DNA from: an uncultured Eggerthellaceae bacterium
GTDB taxonomy: Bacteria > Actinomycetota > Coriobacteriia > Coriobacteriales > Eggerthellaceae
NCBI GenBank assembly: GCA_948616985.1
Contig: CAPGDO010000002.1
Location: 5,965 to 69,964 of the forward strand
Length of the DNA: 64,000 nucleotides
Direction: 5' to 3'
Part shown: positions 29,259 through 38,272 of the stretch, one piece after another
How positions within the stretch are numbered: position 1 is the first letter of the stretch
Layout of the letters: each line of letters starts with the position of its first letter
Notes under the pieces: model-generated
What the model saw: the letters and a program-made list of their open reading frames with translations, nothing else
The model's database searches: none
What the model was told of the DNA's origin: nothing
Made by a program: the position numbers and the translations under genes

Positions 29259-31985
29259 CTATTCCGTGCGCTCGACTTCCTTGACAGTGTACCCCTCGAT
29301 GGTGTCGCCTACCTTTATGTCTTGGAAACCTGTTATCCCGATGCCACATTCGTAGCCATGGGACACCGTCTTCACATCATCCTTGAAGCGGCGCAGAGAG
29401 GCGATGTCGCCCTCATAGACCACGGTACCGTCACGCACCACGCGCACCTTGTCGTCACGGGATATCTCGCCTTCGAGCACGTAGCAACCGGCGATGAGGC
29501 CCACCTTCGGAACCTTGAAGGTCTCACGCACCTCGGCGATACCAGTATCCGCCTCCACGATATCCGGAGAGAGCAGGCCCACCCGTGCAGCGTTGATGTC
29601 CTCTATGGCCTGATAGATGACCCGGTAGAGGCGAACGTCCACCTTCTCCTTCTCGGCCTGCTGACGGGATTTGCCCGTGGGACGGACATTGAAGCCGATG
29701 ATGATGGCATCTGATGCTGCGGCCAAGGTCACATCCGTCTCGGTGATGCCACCCACAGCCGAATGGACGATATTGATGCGCACCTCGGATTGATCCATCT
29801 TCTCGAACGCATCCCGGAGGGCTTCGATGGAGCCTTGGACATCCGCCTTGATGATGAGGTTCAAGTCGGTCTGCTTACCCTCCTCGATGCGGCTGAACAG
29901 GTCATCTAGGCTCATATGGGAAGTGTGCTGCTGTTCGGCCAAGCGCTCACGCAGAGCACGCTCCTCCGCTAGCTTGCGGGCATCGCGCTCGTCTTCGAAG
30001 ACACGGAACTCATCGCCCGCCACCGGCACGGAGTTCAGGCCCAGGATCTCCACCGGATCAGAGGGCAGCGCCTCATCCACGTGGTTGCCGCGCGGGTCCA
30101 CCAGGGCGCGCACATGGCCATAGGAGGTACCTGCCACCACGGCATCTCCGGGATGGAGGGTGCCTCGCTGGACGAGCACGGTGGCTACAGGACCGCGGCC
30201 CTTGTCCAGATTCGCCTCGATGACGAAGCCTGATGCCAATGCATCCGGGTTGGCCTTCAGCTCAAGCACATCTGCCTGGAGGATGATGGTCTCCAGCAGG
30301 TCATCTATATGGAGCCCCTTCTTGGCAGATACGTTGACGAACATATTGGAGCCGCCCCACTCCTCAGGGATGACCTCGTATTCGGTCAGCTCCTGACGCA
30401 CGCGGTCAGGGTTGGCTCCATCCTTATCGATCTTGTTCACGGCCACCACGATGGGCACATTGGCCGCCTTCGCATGGTTGATGGCCTCGATGGTCTGGGG
30501 CATCACACCGTCATCAGCAGCTACCACCAGCACGATGACATCGGTCACCTGAGCACCGCGGGCACGCATGGCGGTGAATGCCTCATGGCCTGGCGTATCG
30601 ATGAAGGTGATCTGGCGACCATTGATATCCACCACCGATGCGCCGATGTGCTGGGTGATGCCACCAGCTTCGCTGGCCACTACACCGGTGTCACGGATGG
30701 CATCCAGCAAAGAGGTCTTGCCGTGGTCGACGTGACCCATGACAGTGACCACCGGCGGACGGGGCTTCAGATCATCCTCGGTGTCGTTGTAGACGACGAC
30801 GTACTCCTCTTCAGGAGAGACCACGCGCACCTTGCGGCCCATATCATCGGCCACGATCTCTATCAGATCATCGCTCATGGATTGGGTGACGGTGAGAGCC
30901 TGCCCCAACATGAAGAGCCGTTTGATGATGTCATTGGGCTGAACGCCCAGAAGCTCGGCCAGCTTGCCGACGGTTGCGCCTTGGGGCACCTCTACTACGG
31001 AATCATCCAGCACCAAAGTAGGATCTATGCCGCGCTCGATCGCTTGGGCTTCTGCCCGCTCCCGGGCCTCGGCTTCGCGCTTCTGCTTGCGCTTCTTGCG
31101 CCTTCCCTCCCCCTCGCTGTTGCCCGCTGCGGCTGCTACGGCAGCTCGGGCCTCAGCCAGCACCTTGTCACGCTGGAGCTGTTCGGCCTGAACGGCCATC
31201 TGGGCGTAGCGGTCTTCGCCTTGAGCCCCTTGGGATTCCAGCTCGGGAACGCTCTGATGCTTGCTCTTCTTCCCCTTCTTGCCCTTGGGAGCCGTTGCTG
31301 CGTGGTTGGCTTCCTTCTGGGCTTGGATGCGGGCTTGCTCGGATTCGATCTGCGACAAGAGTGAGCTGAATTTCGCCTGAGCTGGTTGGGCTGTGGCGGC
31401 GGGCGCAGCTTTCGCAGGCTTCTCCTCCGGTTGGGCCTTGGCACTCTTCTGATTGCGGTGGCGCAGCTTCTCTTCGATGGCCTGCTTCTTGGCCACTTCA
31501 GCCGCGCGCTTCTCGGCGGCGGCGCGGGCCTTGGCTTCGGCCTTCTCGCGCTCTACCCGCTTCTTCTCGTTCTCTATCTGCGAAGCTAGGCTCTCGAATC
31601 CAGAGGCTTTCGTCTCGATCTTCTTGACAACCTTATCCTTCGCCGCGGGAGCGCTCTCTGAGGATTCGCCGCGGGCTTCCTTGGCCGCCTTGCGCTCAGC
31701 CAGCTCCTTTTCCACAGCTGCCTTGCGCTCTGCTTCCTCTTTCGCCTTCTCGGCTTCGACCTTCTTCTGCTCCTCTTCGATGGCCGCCCGCTCTTCGTCT
31801 TTCAGATCCCCCGAGCGTTGGAGGACCTCCGGCTCGAAGGTCTCACGGATCTTCGCGATATCCTCATCAGACAGGATGGAGGCATGGGATTTCGCAGCGA
31901 TCCCGTTATCGCGAAGACGCGTGAGCATCTCCTTGCTCGTGAGCTCATATTCCTTTGCTAGTTCATGTACTCGCATTCCAGCCAT
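29259..31985 (-). CDS. infB: Translation initiation factor IF-2
   Basis: 908 aa. Charged Lys/Glu/Ala-rich N-terminal region. GTPase motifs [14 protein letters not shown] and NKID. Conserved position after nusA-ylxR. Confidence 0.97.
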   Translation of the reverse strand: MAGMRVHELAKEYELTSKEMLTRLRDNGIAAKSHASILSDEDIAKIRETFEPEVLQRSGDLKDEERAAIEEEQKKVEAEKAKEEAERKAAVEKELAERKAAKEARGESSESAPAAKDKVVKKIETKASGFESLASQIENEKKRVEREKAEAKARAAAEKRAAEVAKKQAIEEKLRHRNQKSAKAQPEEKPAKAAPAATAQPAQAKFSSLLSQIESEQARIQAQKEANHAATAPKGKKGKKSKHQSVPELESQGAQGEDRYAQMAVQAEQLQRDKVLAEARAAVAAAAGNSEGEGRRKKRKQKREAEARERAEAQAIERGIDPTLVLDDSVVEVPQGATVGKLAELLGVQPNDIIKRLFMLGQALTVTQSMSDDLIEIVADDMGRKVRVVSPEEEYVVVYNDTEDDLKPRPPVVTVMGHVDHGKTSLLDAIRDTGVVASEAGGITQHIGASVVDINGRQITFIDTPGHEAFTAMRARGAQVTDVIVLVVAADDGVMPQTIEAINHAKAANVPIVVAVNKIDKDGANPDRVRQELTEYEVIPEEWGGSNMFVNVSAKKGLHIDDLLETIILQADVLELKANPDALASGFVIEANLDKGRGPVATVLVQRGTLHPGDAVVAGTSYGHVRALVDPRGNHVDEALPSDPVEILGLNSVPVAGDEFRVFEDERDARKLAEERALRERLAEQQHTSHMSLDDLFSRIEEGKQTDLNLIIKADVQGSIEALRDAFEKMDQSEVRINIVHSAVGGITETDVTLAAASDAIIIGFNVRPTGKSRQQAEKEKVDVRLYRVIYQAIEDINAARVGLLSPDIVEADTGIAEVRETFKVPKVGLIAGCYVLEGEISRDDKVRVVRDGTVVYEGDIASLRRFKDDVKTVSHGYECGIGITGFQDIKVGDTIEGYTVKEVERTE

Positions 31986-32270
31986 CTAGCATCCCTCGCA
32001 TCCGTGAACCTCAGCGTGAACCGCTTCTCTCAGATCCCTCAGTATCTCTTCTTGCGTTCTCTGGTCTATCTTGCAGCGCAGCGCCGCTGACAGCCGACGA
32101 GCGGCTGAAGCGGTATCAAGGCAGTCCACTGAGCATACATAGGCGCCTCGACCCGGCCCTCTGCCCGTCTGGTCAAGGGCTGCCTTGCCGAGACTGTCCC
32201 GGTAGATCCGATGCAGTGACCCCTTAGGGGCGATCCTCCTGCAACCTATGCATGTTCTCTCACGCCTCAA
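31986..32270 (-). CDS. ylxR: YlxR/DUF448 RNA-binding protein
   Basis: 94 aa. RTCIGCRR...GRGAYVC signature. TTG start with GGAAGG 7 nt upstream. Lies between nusA and infB. Confidence 0.85.
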   Translation of the reverse strand: MRRERTCIGCRRIAPKGSLHRIYRDSLGKAALDQTGRGPGRGAYVCSVDCLDTASAARRLSAALRCKIDQRTQEEILRDLREAVHAEVHGCEGC

Positions 32271-32303
32271 ACGCGTACCTTCCGTTCGGTCATCCGAAAC
32301 CTG

Positions 32304-33542
32304 CTAGCCCTCATCGCACGCTGCATGGACACCGCAATAGCGGGAACCCTCGCGAGCATGGTTGCGGCACCGCGTGCCGTCTTCGCTGACGTAGCTGCAG
32401 AAATCGTCATCGAAGGTCTCATCGTCATCGATCAGGCTATCGTTACCCTCCAGGGGCTCCCCCTGGAAGCTGGCGGATTTGATGTCTATGTGCCAGCCGG
32501 TGAGCCGAGCGGCCAAACGGGCGTTCTGTCCCTCTTTGCCGATGGCCAAAGAGAGCTGATCGTCCGGCACGATGACCGTAGCATAGTTGTTGTCCGGATC
32601 GATGGAGACATGGGACACCCGGGCCGGAGAGAGGGCGTTGGCCACGTAGGTGGCTGGGTCATCGCTCCACTGGATGACATCCACGCGCTCGTTGCGCAGC
32701 TCCTCTACCACCATGCGCACGCGCGATCCCTTCGGACCAACGCAGGCGCCTACGGGGTCAAGATTAGGCTCTCGGGAGGCCACAGCCACCTTGGAGCGGG
32801 CTCCGGGCTCTCGAGCAATGGATTTGATCTCCACGATGCCGTCGTAGATCTCAGGCACCTCTATCTCGAAGAGGCGGCGAATCAGATCAGGGTGCGTACG
32901 TGAGACGATGATAGTGGGACGGGATTGCTCTCCCCGCGCCCGCGTTTGCTCACCCGATGGGTCCCGCACGTCTATGATGAGCACCTTCAGACGCTGGTTG
33001 TGGCGATAGTGCTCATTGGAGGGCCGTTCGTTGCGCTCAGCGGGGTTGCGCTTGGTGTCGTAGTGAGGCAGCTCCGCCTCGACGCCATCACGGATCTTGA
33101 TGATGGTGAAATCCTGGGTCCCCTGGAGCACCGTGCCGGTGATGAGGTCCCCCACTCGATCGGAGAACTCCTCATAGATGGACTTGCGGGCAGCATCGCG
33201 TACGATGGAGGAGATGACGCTCTTGGCGTTCTGGGCAGCGATGCGGCTGATGTCACCCGGGGTCACATCCCGCTCTTCGAACTCAGAGTAGATATGCTCC
33301 TCGAGCCCCGTCTCAGGGTCGATCCGGACCTCGGGCTCCCCTACCGGGACCAACTCGTAGACGTAGATCTTGCCCGTCTGGCGATCGATGGTCACCCGGG
33401 CATCATGATCCAGGTCCAAGATGCGCTCATAACTGCGCGCCAGAGAATCCTCCAGGCGTTCGATGATATAGAACTCGTCGATCTTGCGCTCGTGCGCAAG
33501 CATCTGTAGCGCTTCGATCAAAGAGTATTCTTCGTCTGCCAT
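32304..33542 (-). CDS. nusA: Transcription termination/antitermination factor NusA with an extra Cys/His-rich C-terminal tail
   Basis: 412 aa. N-terminal domain, S1 and two KH domains (VGACVGPKGSRV, IGKEGQNARLA). The tail reads DDDFCSYVSEDGTRCRNHAREGSRYCGVHAACDEG. Confidence 0.95.
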   Translation of the reverse strand: MADEEYSLIEALQMLAHERKIDEFYIIERLEDSLARSYERILDLDHDARVTIDRQTGKIYVYELVPVGEPEVRIDPETGLEEHIYSEFEERDVTPGDISRIAAQNAKSVISSIVRDAARKSIYEEFSDRVGDLITGTVLQGTQDFTIIKIRDGVEAELPHYDTKRNPAERNERPSNEHYRHNQRLKVLIIDVRDPSGEQTRARGEQSRPTIIVSRTHPDLIRRLFEIEVPEIYDGIVEIKSIAREPGARSKVAVASREPNLDPVGACVGPKGSRVRMVVEELRNERVDVIQWSDDPATYVANALSPARVSHVSIDPDNNYATVIVPDDQLSLAIGKEGQNARLAARLTGWHIDIKSASFQGEPLEGNDSLIDDDETFDDDFCSYVSEDGTRCRNHAREGSRYCGVHAACDEG

Positions 33543-33560
33543 CTTTCCAAGCTCCCTTCG

Positions 33561-34025
33561 CTAGAACTCAACGGTTCCGATGATGTTCGCTTTGCTCATA
33601 TCCCCTAAGGGCACGTTGACATCTCCGTCATCCATGCCGATGGTCACCTGTTCGCCTTCTACGGACTTGAGGATGCCCGTGAAGCTCTTGCGACCGTCCA
33701 GGGCGCGTACGGTCTTCAACTTCACCTTCTGGCCCACCGCAGCCTGGAAGTGCTCCCGGGTACGCAGCGGGCGGTCTATGCCAGGAGAGGAGACTTCCAG
33801 CACATAGGCACCGGGGAACGGATCCAGCTCATCCATGAGCGCTCCGATCCAGGCCTGCGCCTCGGTGAGCTCATTGAAGGTCACGCCCTCGTCCGTGTCT
33901 ATGTAGACACGGACCGTAGGTGACTTCTTGGCACCGGTCACCTCCAGCGTCACCACCTCTATGCCATGATCGACCGCTAGGGCCTCGATGGCATCCAGCA
34001 GGTTCTGTTCCTTCTGCGTGAGCAT
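33561..34025 (-). CDS. rimP: Ribosome maturation factor RimP
   Basis: ORF 33561..34247. ATG 34025 (MLTQKEQNLL) is preceded by GAGGAG. RimP-like sequence (VRVYIDTDEGVTFNELTEAQAWIGALMD, LEVSSPGIDRPL). Confidence 0.9.
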   Translation of the reverse strand: MLTQKEQNLLDAIEALAVDHGIEVVTLEVTGAKKSPTVRVYIDTDEGVTFNELTEAQAWIGALMDELDPFPGAYVLEVSSPGIDRPLRTREHFQAAVGQKVKLKTVRALDGRKSFTGILKSVEGEQVTIGMDDGDVNVPLGDMSKANIIGTVEF

Positions 34026-34065
34026 GGTCTCCTCGTCTTCGCTCCCGAACCATTCCCTATTGCAT

Positions 34066-34090
34066 AAAAAAAGCGGGTCCGGTGGCCCAC
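34066..34090 (-). terminator. Intrinsic-terminator-like hairpin plus U7 in the rimP-nusA-infB leader (candidate attenuator)
   Basis: Minus-strand RNA reads GUGGGCCACCGGACCCGC followed by UUUUUUU. That is a 7-bp stem with one bulge and one G-U pair (plus-strand 34073..34090) and an A7 tract (plus-strand 34066..34072). It lies ~40 nt upstream of the rimP ATG and downstream of a candidate promoter. Confidence 0.5.
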
Positions 34091-34137
34091 TTTTCTCAAA
34101 CATTGCGAAAAGTTCAGTTGAATACGTAGCGCGTGGG

Positions 34138-34166
34138 ATATTACCATACCTGGGAACGTAGCGCAA
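34138..34166 (-). promoter_or_regulatory. Candidate extended -10 promoter for the rimP operon
   Basis: Minus strand reads TTGCGC (34166..34161), a 17-nt spacer ending in TGG, then TAATAT (34143..34138). Confidence 0.35.
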
Positions 34167-34185
34167 AGCGAAGGAAGGGATCCGC

Positions 34186-34599
34186 TTGAAGAAGCTCATC
34201 GCACAGCTCATGAAGTTCGGCGTGGTAGGGGTCATCGCCTTCATCATCGACTACGGGCTCATGGTGCTCTTGACCGAGGTCTTCGGCATCGACTACTTGG
34301 TGAGCGCAACGGTCTCCTTCACCGTTTCCGTGATCTTCAACTACATCGCATCCATGCGCTACGTCTTCCGTCATCGGGAGGGCATGTCGAAGCGACGTGA
34401 GTTCATCATCTTCGTCACCCTCTCAGTGCTGGGACTCCTCATCAACGACCTCATCATGTGGGTGGGCACCGGCCTTTGGGGCATCAGCTATCTCATCACC
34501 AAGATCGTGGCCACGGTGATCGTGATGGTTTGGAACTTCGTCACCCGCAAGCGGTTCCTCGACGCCGACGACGAGCCCATCGCAGACGATCTGGTGTAA
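34186..34599 (+). CDS. GtrA-family membrane protein
   Basis: 137 aa, TTG start, 4 TM helices. FGVVGVIAFIIDYGLMVLL... and WNFVTRKRF are typical of GtrA-like proteins. Confidence 0.75.
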   Translation: MKKLIAQLMKFGVVGVIAFIIDYGLMVLLTEVFGIDYLVSATVSFTVSVIFNYIASMRYVFRHREGMSKRREFIIFVTLSVLGLLINDLIMWVGTGLWGISYLITKIVATVIVMVWNFVTRKRFLDADDEPIADDLV

Positions 34600-34668
34600 T
34601 GTGCTATCTTCTCGCCCGAGGGCGAGAGCCAAAGAGAATCCGAGCAAGCGAAGGAATGAGCACGGCCT

Positions 34669-36006
34669 ATGCGCAAGACCATCCCCTATGATCAGAAGTA
34701 CTACGACCCTGAGATAGAGTGCATGCCCCGATCAGAGCTGGAGCAGATGCAGCTGGATCGCCTCAAGGCCATGCTCTCCTATGCCTACGAGAACACGGTC
34801 TACTACAAGCGCTCCTTCGATGAGGCGGGTGTGAGGCCTGAGGATGTGCAGACGCTCTCTGACATCCAGAAGCTGCCGTTCATCGATAAGAAGACCGAGC
34901 GGGATACCCAGCATGTGGGGAGCTTCTTCGGAGAGATGTGCTCTGTGCCTGAAGAGGACGTGGTGTTCATGGCCACCTCTTCGGGATCCACGGGCGTGCC
35001 AACGGTGAGCCCCTTCACCCAAGAGGATTTCGATCTATGGCAAGACACCGAGGCCCGGCTGTTCTGGCAAGCGGGCATGCGCCCCTCCGACCGCTACGTC
35101 CATGGGCTCAACTTCGCCCTCTACGTGGGCGGCCCGGATGTCATCGGTGCCCAGCGCCTGGGAGCTCTGGCCATTTGGGTGGGCGCGGTACCCTCTGACC
35201 GCTTGCTGTTCGTACTGAAGCAATACCAGCCTACCGTCATCTGGACCAGCCCCTCCTACGCTTGGCAGCTGGGTGAGAAAGCGAAGGAGAAGGGCTTCGA
35301 CCCGAAGACGGACTTCTCCATCCACACCATCATCGTTGCCGGTGAGCCAGGCGGCTCCATCCCCTCTACCCGGGCTGCCATCGAGGAGCTCTGGGGTGCG
35401 AAGGTGGTGGACTTCTTCGGTCTGTCAGACATCTACGGCGCCTGCGCCGCGGCCTGCGAAGCCCGAGATGGGCTGCATATCGTGGAGGATCAGATCCTGG
35501 TGGAGACGGTAGACCCCCATACCGGCGAGGTCTTGGAACCAGGAGAGCTGGGAGAGCTGGTCTACACCACCCTCATGAAGAAGGCGCGTCCCATGATCCG
35601 CTTCCGCACCGGAGACATAGGCTACGTATCCAACGAGCCTTGCCAGTGCGGGCGCACCTTGGCGCGCATCCATATCACCGGCCGAAAGGACGAGATGTTC
35701 ATCGTGGGAGCCGTGAACGTGTTCCCCACTGATATCGAATACGTGGTGCGGGCGGAGAAGGGCCTCACGGGCGAATACTCCATCCGCGTCTATACCGAGG
35801 ATTTCACCACCCGCTACGAGGTATCCGTAGAACGCGCCCAAGGCTCCGAGGAACCCTATGATGAGGTGGCACGGCGGGTGGAAGGGGCGCTCAAGACCCA
35901 CACCGGCGTGCGCCCGGCGAAGGTGATCGTCCATGACGCCGGTAAGCTGGGCACTTCCAGCGAACACAAGGCATCTCGATTCATAGATGAGAGGACGGAT
36001 AAGTGA
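34669..36006 (+). CDS. Phenylacetate-CoA ligase-like (PaaK / F390-synthetase family) adenylate-forming enzyme
   Basis: 445 aa. TSSGSTGVPT AMP-binding loop. PaaK-like N-terminus (YDPEIECMPRSELEQMQLDRLK). C-terminal domain with a conserved Lys region. Confidence 0.8.
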   Translation: MRKTIPYDQKYYDPEIECMPRSELEQMQLDRLKAMLSYAYENTVYYKRSFDEAGVRPEDVQTLSDIQKLPFIDKKTERDTQHVGSFFGEMCSVPEEDVVFMATSSGSTGVPTVSPFTQEDFDLWQDTEARLFWQAGMRPSDRYVHGLNFALYVGGPDVIGAQRLGALAIWVGAVPSDRLLFVLKQYQPTVIWTSPSYAWQLGEKAKEKGFDPKTDFSIHTIIVAGEPGGSIPSTRAAIEELWGAKVVDFFGLSDIYGACAAACEARDGLHIVEDQILVETVDPHTGEVLEPGELGELVYTTLMKKARPMIRFRTGDIGYVSNEPCQCGRTLARIHITGRKDEMFIVGAVNVFPTDIEYVVRAEKGLTGEYSIRVYTEDFTTRYEVSVERAQGSEEPYDEVARRVEGALKTHTGVRPAKVIVHDAGKLGTSSEHKASRFIDERTDK

Positions 36007-36659
36007 TGGCGAAGGCATTCTCTGTATCAGGACAGCACTACCTCTTCGACGTGCAGACCTTCGCCCAGGTGGTCTTAGCGACAGGCGGAGACGGGTTCCA
36101 CTACCAGCTCTTCGACCGCACCACTCAAGGGGTGATGGAGGACGTGGTCACCGGCCGTTGTGACCTAGGAGTGCTGGTGAAGACCACCGAGAACGCAGCA
36201 GAACTGGAAGCAGAGCTGGAAGCTCAAGGACTGGAGTTCCACTTCTTGAGCGAAAGCGCGCCCCGTATCGCCCTGCCTGCCAGCCACCCCATGGTGAATG
36301 CCGATGAGCTCACCTTGGAAGCCATGGCGGATTACCCCTATATCTACTTCTATCAGGGTGAAGATGCACCGGTGCATCTTCACGAGGAGGCTCTGGCAGC
36401 CGCACCGCGCTCCAAGACCATCGCTTGCACTGACCGGGCTAGCCTCTCTGAGCTGATCGTGGCATTGAATGGCTATACAGTGACCAGTGGCATCCTCGTG
36501 GGCATCTCGGATGGATCGCTCTTGAAGACGGTGCCGCTCAAGACCGATGTGAAGCTACAGCTAGGCTACATCACCCGCGCTGATGCTCAGCTGGATGCCA
36601 TGGAGGCGCGCTTCGTGGAGAAGCTCTCCCAGAACCTCGAGCGCTACGCTCACCTCTAG
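36006..36659 (+). CDS. LysR-type effector (substrate)-binding domain protein lacking the N-terminal HTH
   Basis: 217-218 aa. GRCDLGVLV, LPASHPMV...LTLEAMADYPYIYF and ELIVALNGYTVTSG resemble the periplasmic-binding-protein-type-2 fold of LysR regulators. ATG 36006 overlaps the ligase TGA (TGATG); GTG 36003 is an alternative start. No in-frame HTH-coding sequence upstream. Confidence 0.6.
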   Translation: MAKAFSVSGQHYLFDVQTFAQVVLATGGDGFHYQLFDRTTQGVMEDVVTGRCDLGVLVKTTENAAELEAELEAQGLEFHFLSESAPRIALPASHPMVNADELTLEAMADYPYIYFYQGEDAPVHLHEEALAAAPRSKTIACTDRASLSELIVALNGYTVTSGILVGISDGSLLKTVPLKTDVKLQLGYITRADAQLDAMEARFVEKLSQNLERYAHL

Positions 36660-36674
36660 GTTCTCCAGCGCACC

Positions 36675-38195
36675 CTAGCGCTTGTCTGACAACAGACGGT
36701 TCAGCGCATTCAGATAGGCTTTCGTGGAGGACACGATGATGTCCCCATCGGCTCCGCGACCCGTGTAGATATCGCCATTGGCGGCCTTCACGCGCACGGT
36801 CACCTCGCCTAAGGCGTCTATGCCTCGCGTGACCGATTGCACGGAATACTCCAGCAGATCGTTCTGGCAGCCGATGACCTGATCTACCGCCTTGTAGACC
36901 GCATCCACAGGACCCGTACCCCAATCGCAGACGGTGATGGGGTCTCCTTCGGGGCCGCGCACCGTAAGGGTTGCCGTGGGCTTCAGGGGGAAGCCGCAGC
37001 TGATCTGGATGCTCTCCAGGCTATAGAGCGCATCCGCCTCACGGCTCCGTTCATTGACGAGGCTCTCCAGATCCTCATCGTAAACTTCCTTCTTCTTGTC
37101 AGCCAGGTTGAGGAATGCCTCGTAGATCTCATCCAGCTTCTGAGATTCGAACTCGTAACCCAGCTCCTCCAGCCGGTGCTTGAGGGCAGCATGACCCGAT
37201 CGTGCCGTGAGCACGATCTGACTGGAACCGGCCCCCACATCAGCAGGATCTATGATCTCATAGGTGTCGCGCTTCTTGAGCACACCGTCTTGATGGATGC
37301 CGGAGGAATGGGCGAAGGCGTTCGCTCCCACGATGGATTTGTTCGCCTGGACGTTCATACCCGTGATAGAGGATACCAAACGGGATGCCTTCACGAATTC
37401 TCGAGTGTTCACCTCCGTATGGGCATCTAGCTCTTCCCCATGCATCTTGATGGCCATGACCACTTCTTCCATGGCTGTATTGCCAGCCCGTTCACCCAGA
37501 CCGTTGATGGTGCATTCGATCTGACGAGCGCCGTTGGCAACGCCCGCAAGGGCCAAGGCGGTAGCCATTCCCAGATCATTGTGGCAGTGAACGGCGATGG
37601 TCACAGCTTCGATGCCACGCACGTTGTCTACCAGGTATCTGATACGACGACCGAACTCCTCCGGCAGAGAATAACCCGTGGTGTCGGGGATGTTCACCAC
37701 CGTAGCTCCGGCGTCCACAACAGCCTGGATGACGCGCACTAAGAAGTCGTAGTCGGACCGGCCGGCATCCTCGGCATAGAACTGCACATCATCCACATAG
37801 CGCTTGGCGCACTGAACGCACTCCACAGCCCGCTTGACGCATTCATCGGGGGTGATGCGCAGCTTGTCCCGCAAGTGGCTCTCTGATACGCCGATGCCCG
37901 TATGGATGCGCGGACGCTTCGCGAATTTGAGCGCATCGGCAGCACACAGGATGTCCTTCTCGATGGCGCGGGTGAGCGCGCAGACCGCTGCATCGTAGCC
38001 CACCAACTGGGATATCTTGCGCACGCTCTCGAAGTCTCCCGGGCTGGAGATAGGAAAACCAGCCTCGATGACATCCACGTTCATGCGCAGGAGCTCACGA
38101 GTGATGACCAGCTTCTCTTCCGTATTCATGGAAGCGCCCGGAGATTGCTCTCCGTCGCGCAACGTGGTGTCGAAGATGTCTATCTTCCGTGTCAT
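36675..38195 (-). CDS. leuA: 2-isopropylmalate synthase family enzyme (LeuA; citramalate synthase not excluded)
   Basis: 506 aa. [25 protein letters not shown], and a C-terminal LeuA-dimer/regulatory domain. Confidence 0.85.
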   Translation of the reverse strand: MTRKIDIFDTTLRDGEQSPGASMNTEEKLVITRELLRMNVDVIEAGFPISSPGDFESVRKISQLVGYDAAVCALTRAIEKDILCAADALKFAKRPRIHTGIGVSESHLRDKLRITPDECVKRAVECVQCAKRYVDDVQFYAEDAGRSDYDFLVRVIQAVVDAGATVVNIPDTTGYSLPEEFGRRIRYLVDNVRGIEAVTIAVHCHNDLGMATALALAGVANGARQIECTINGLGERAGNTAMEEVVMAIKMHGEELDAHTEVNTREFVKASRLVSSITGMNVQANKSIVGANAFAHSSGIHQDGVLKKRDTYEIIDPADVGAGSSQIVLTARSGHAALKHRLEELGYEFESQKLDEIYEAFLNLADKKKEVYDEDLESLVNERSREADALYSLESIQISCGFPLKPTATLTVRGPEGDPITVCDWGTGPVDAVYKAVDQVIGCQNDLLEYSVQSVTRGIDALGEVTVRVKAANGDIYTGRGADGDIIVSSTKAYLNALNRLLSDKR

Positions 38196-38272
38196 CCTAG
38201 ATCCTTTCGCCTAGCTTCAGGTGGTGGCGTCCTTCGTTTTACTCCCTGAGGAGCACGCTTGCAAAGACAGCC

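Noticed and set aside
31130-31800. Repetitive Lys/Glu/Ala-rich coding DNA in infB, including the duplicated F-x-S-L-x-SQIE-x-E segment. It could be mistaken for a tandem repeat or an array.
   Set aside because: It is in frame within IF-2. The low-complexity N-terminal region is a normal feature of long-form IF-2. The repeats are degenerate at the DNA level and have no spacer-repeat regularity.
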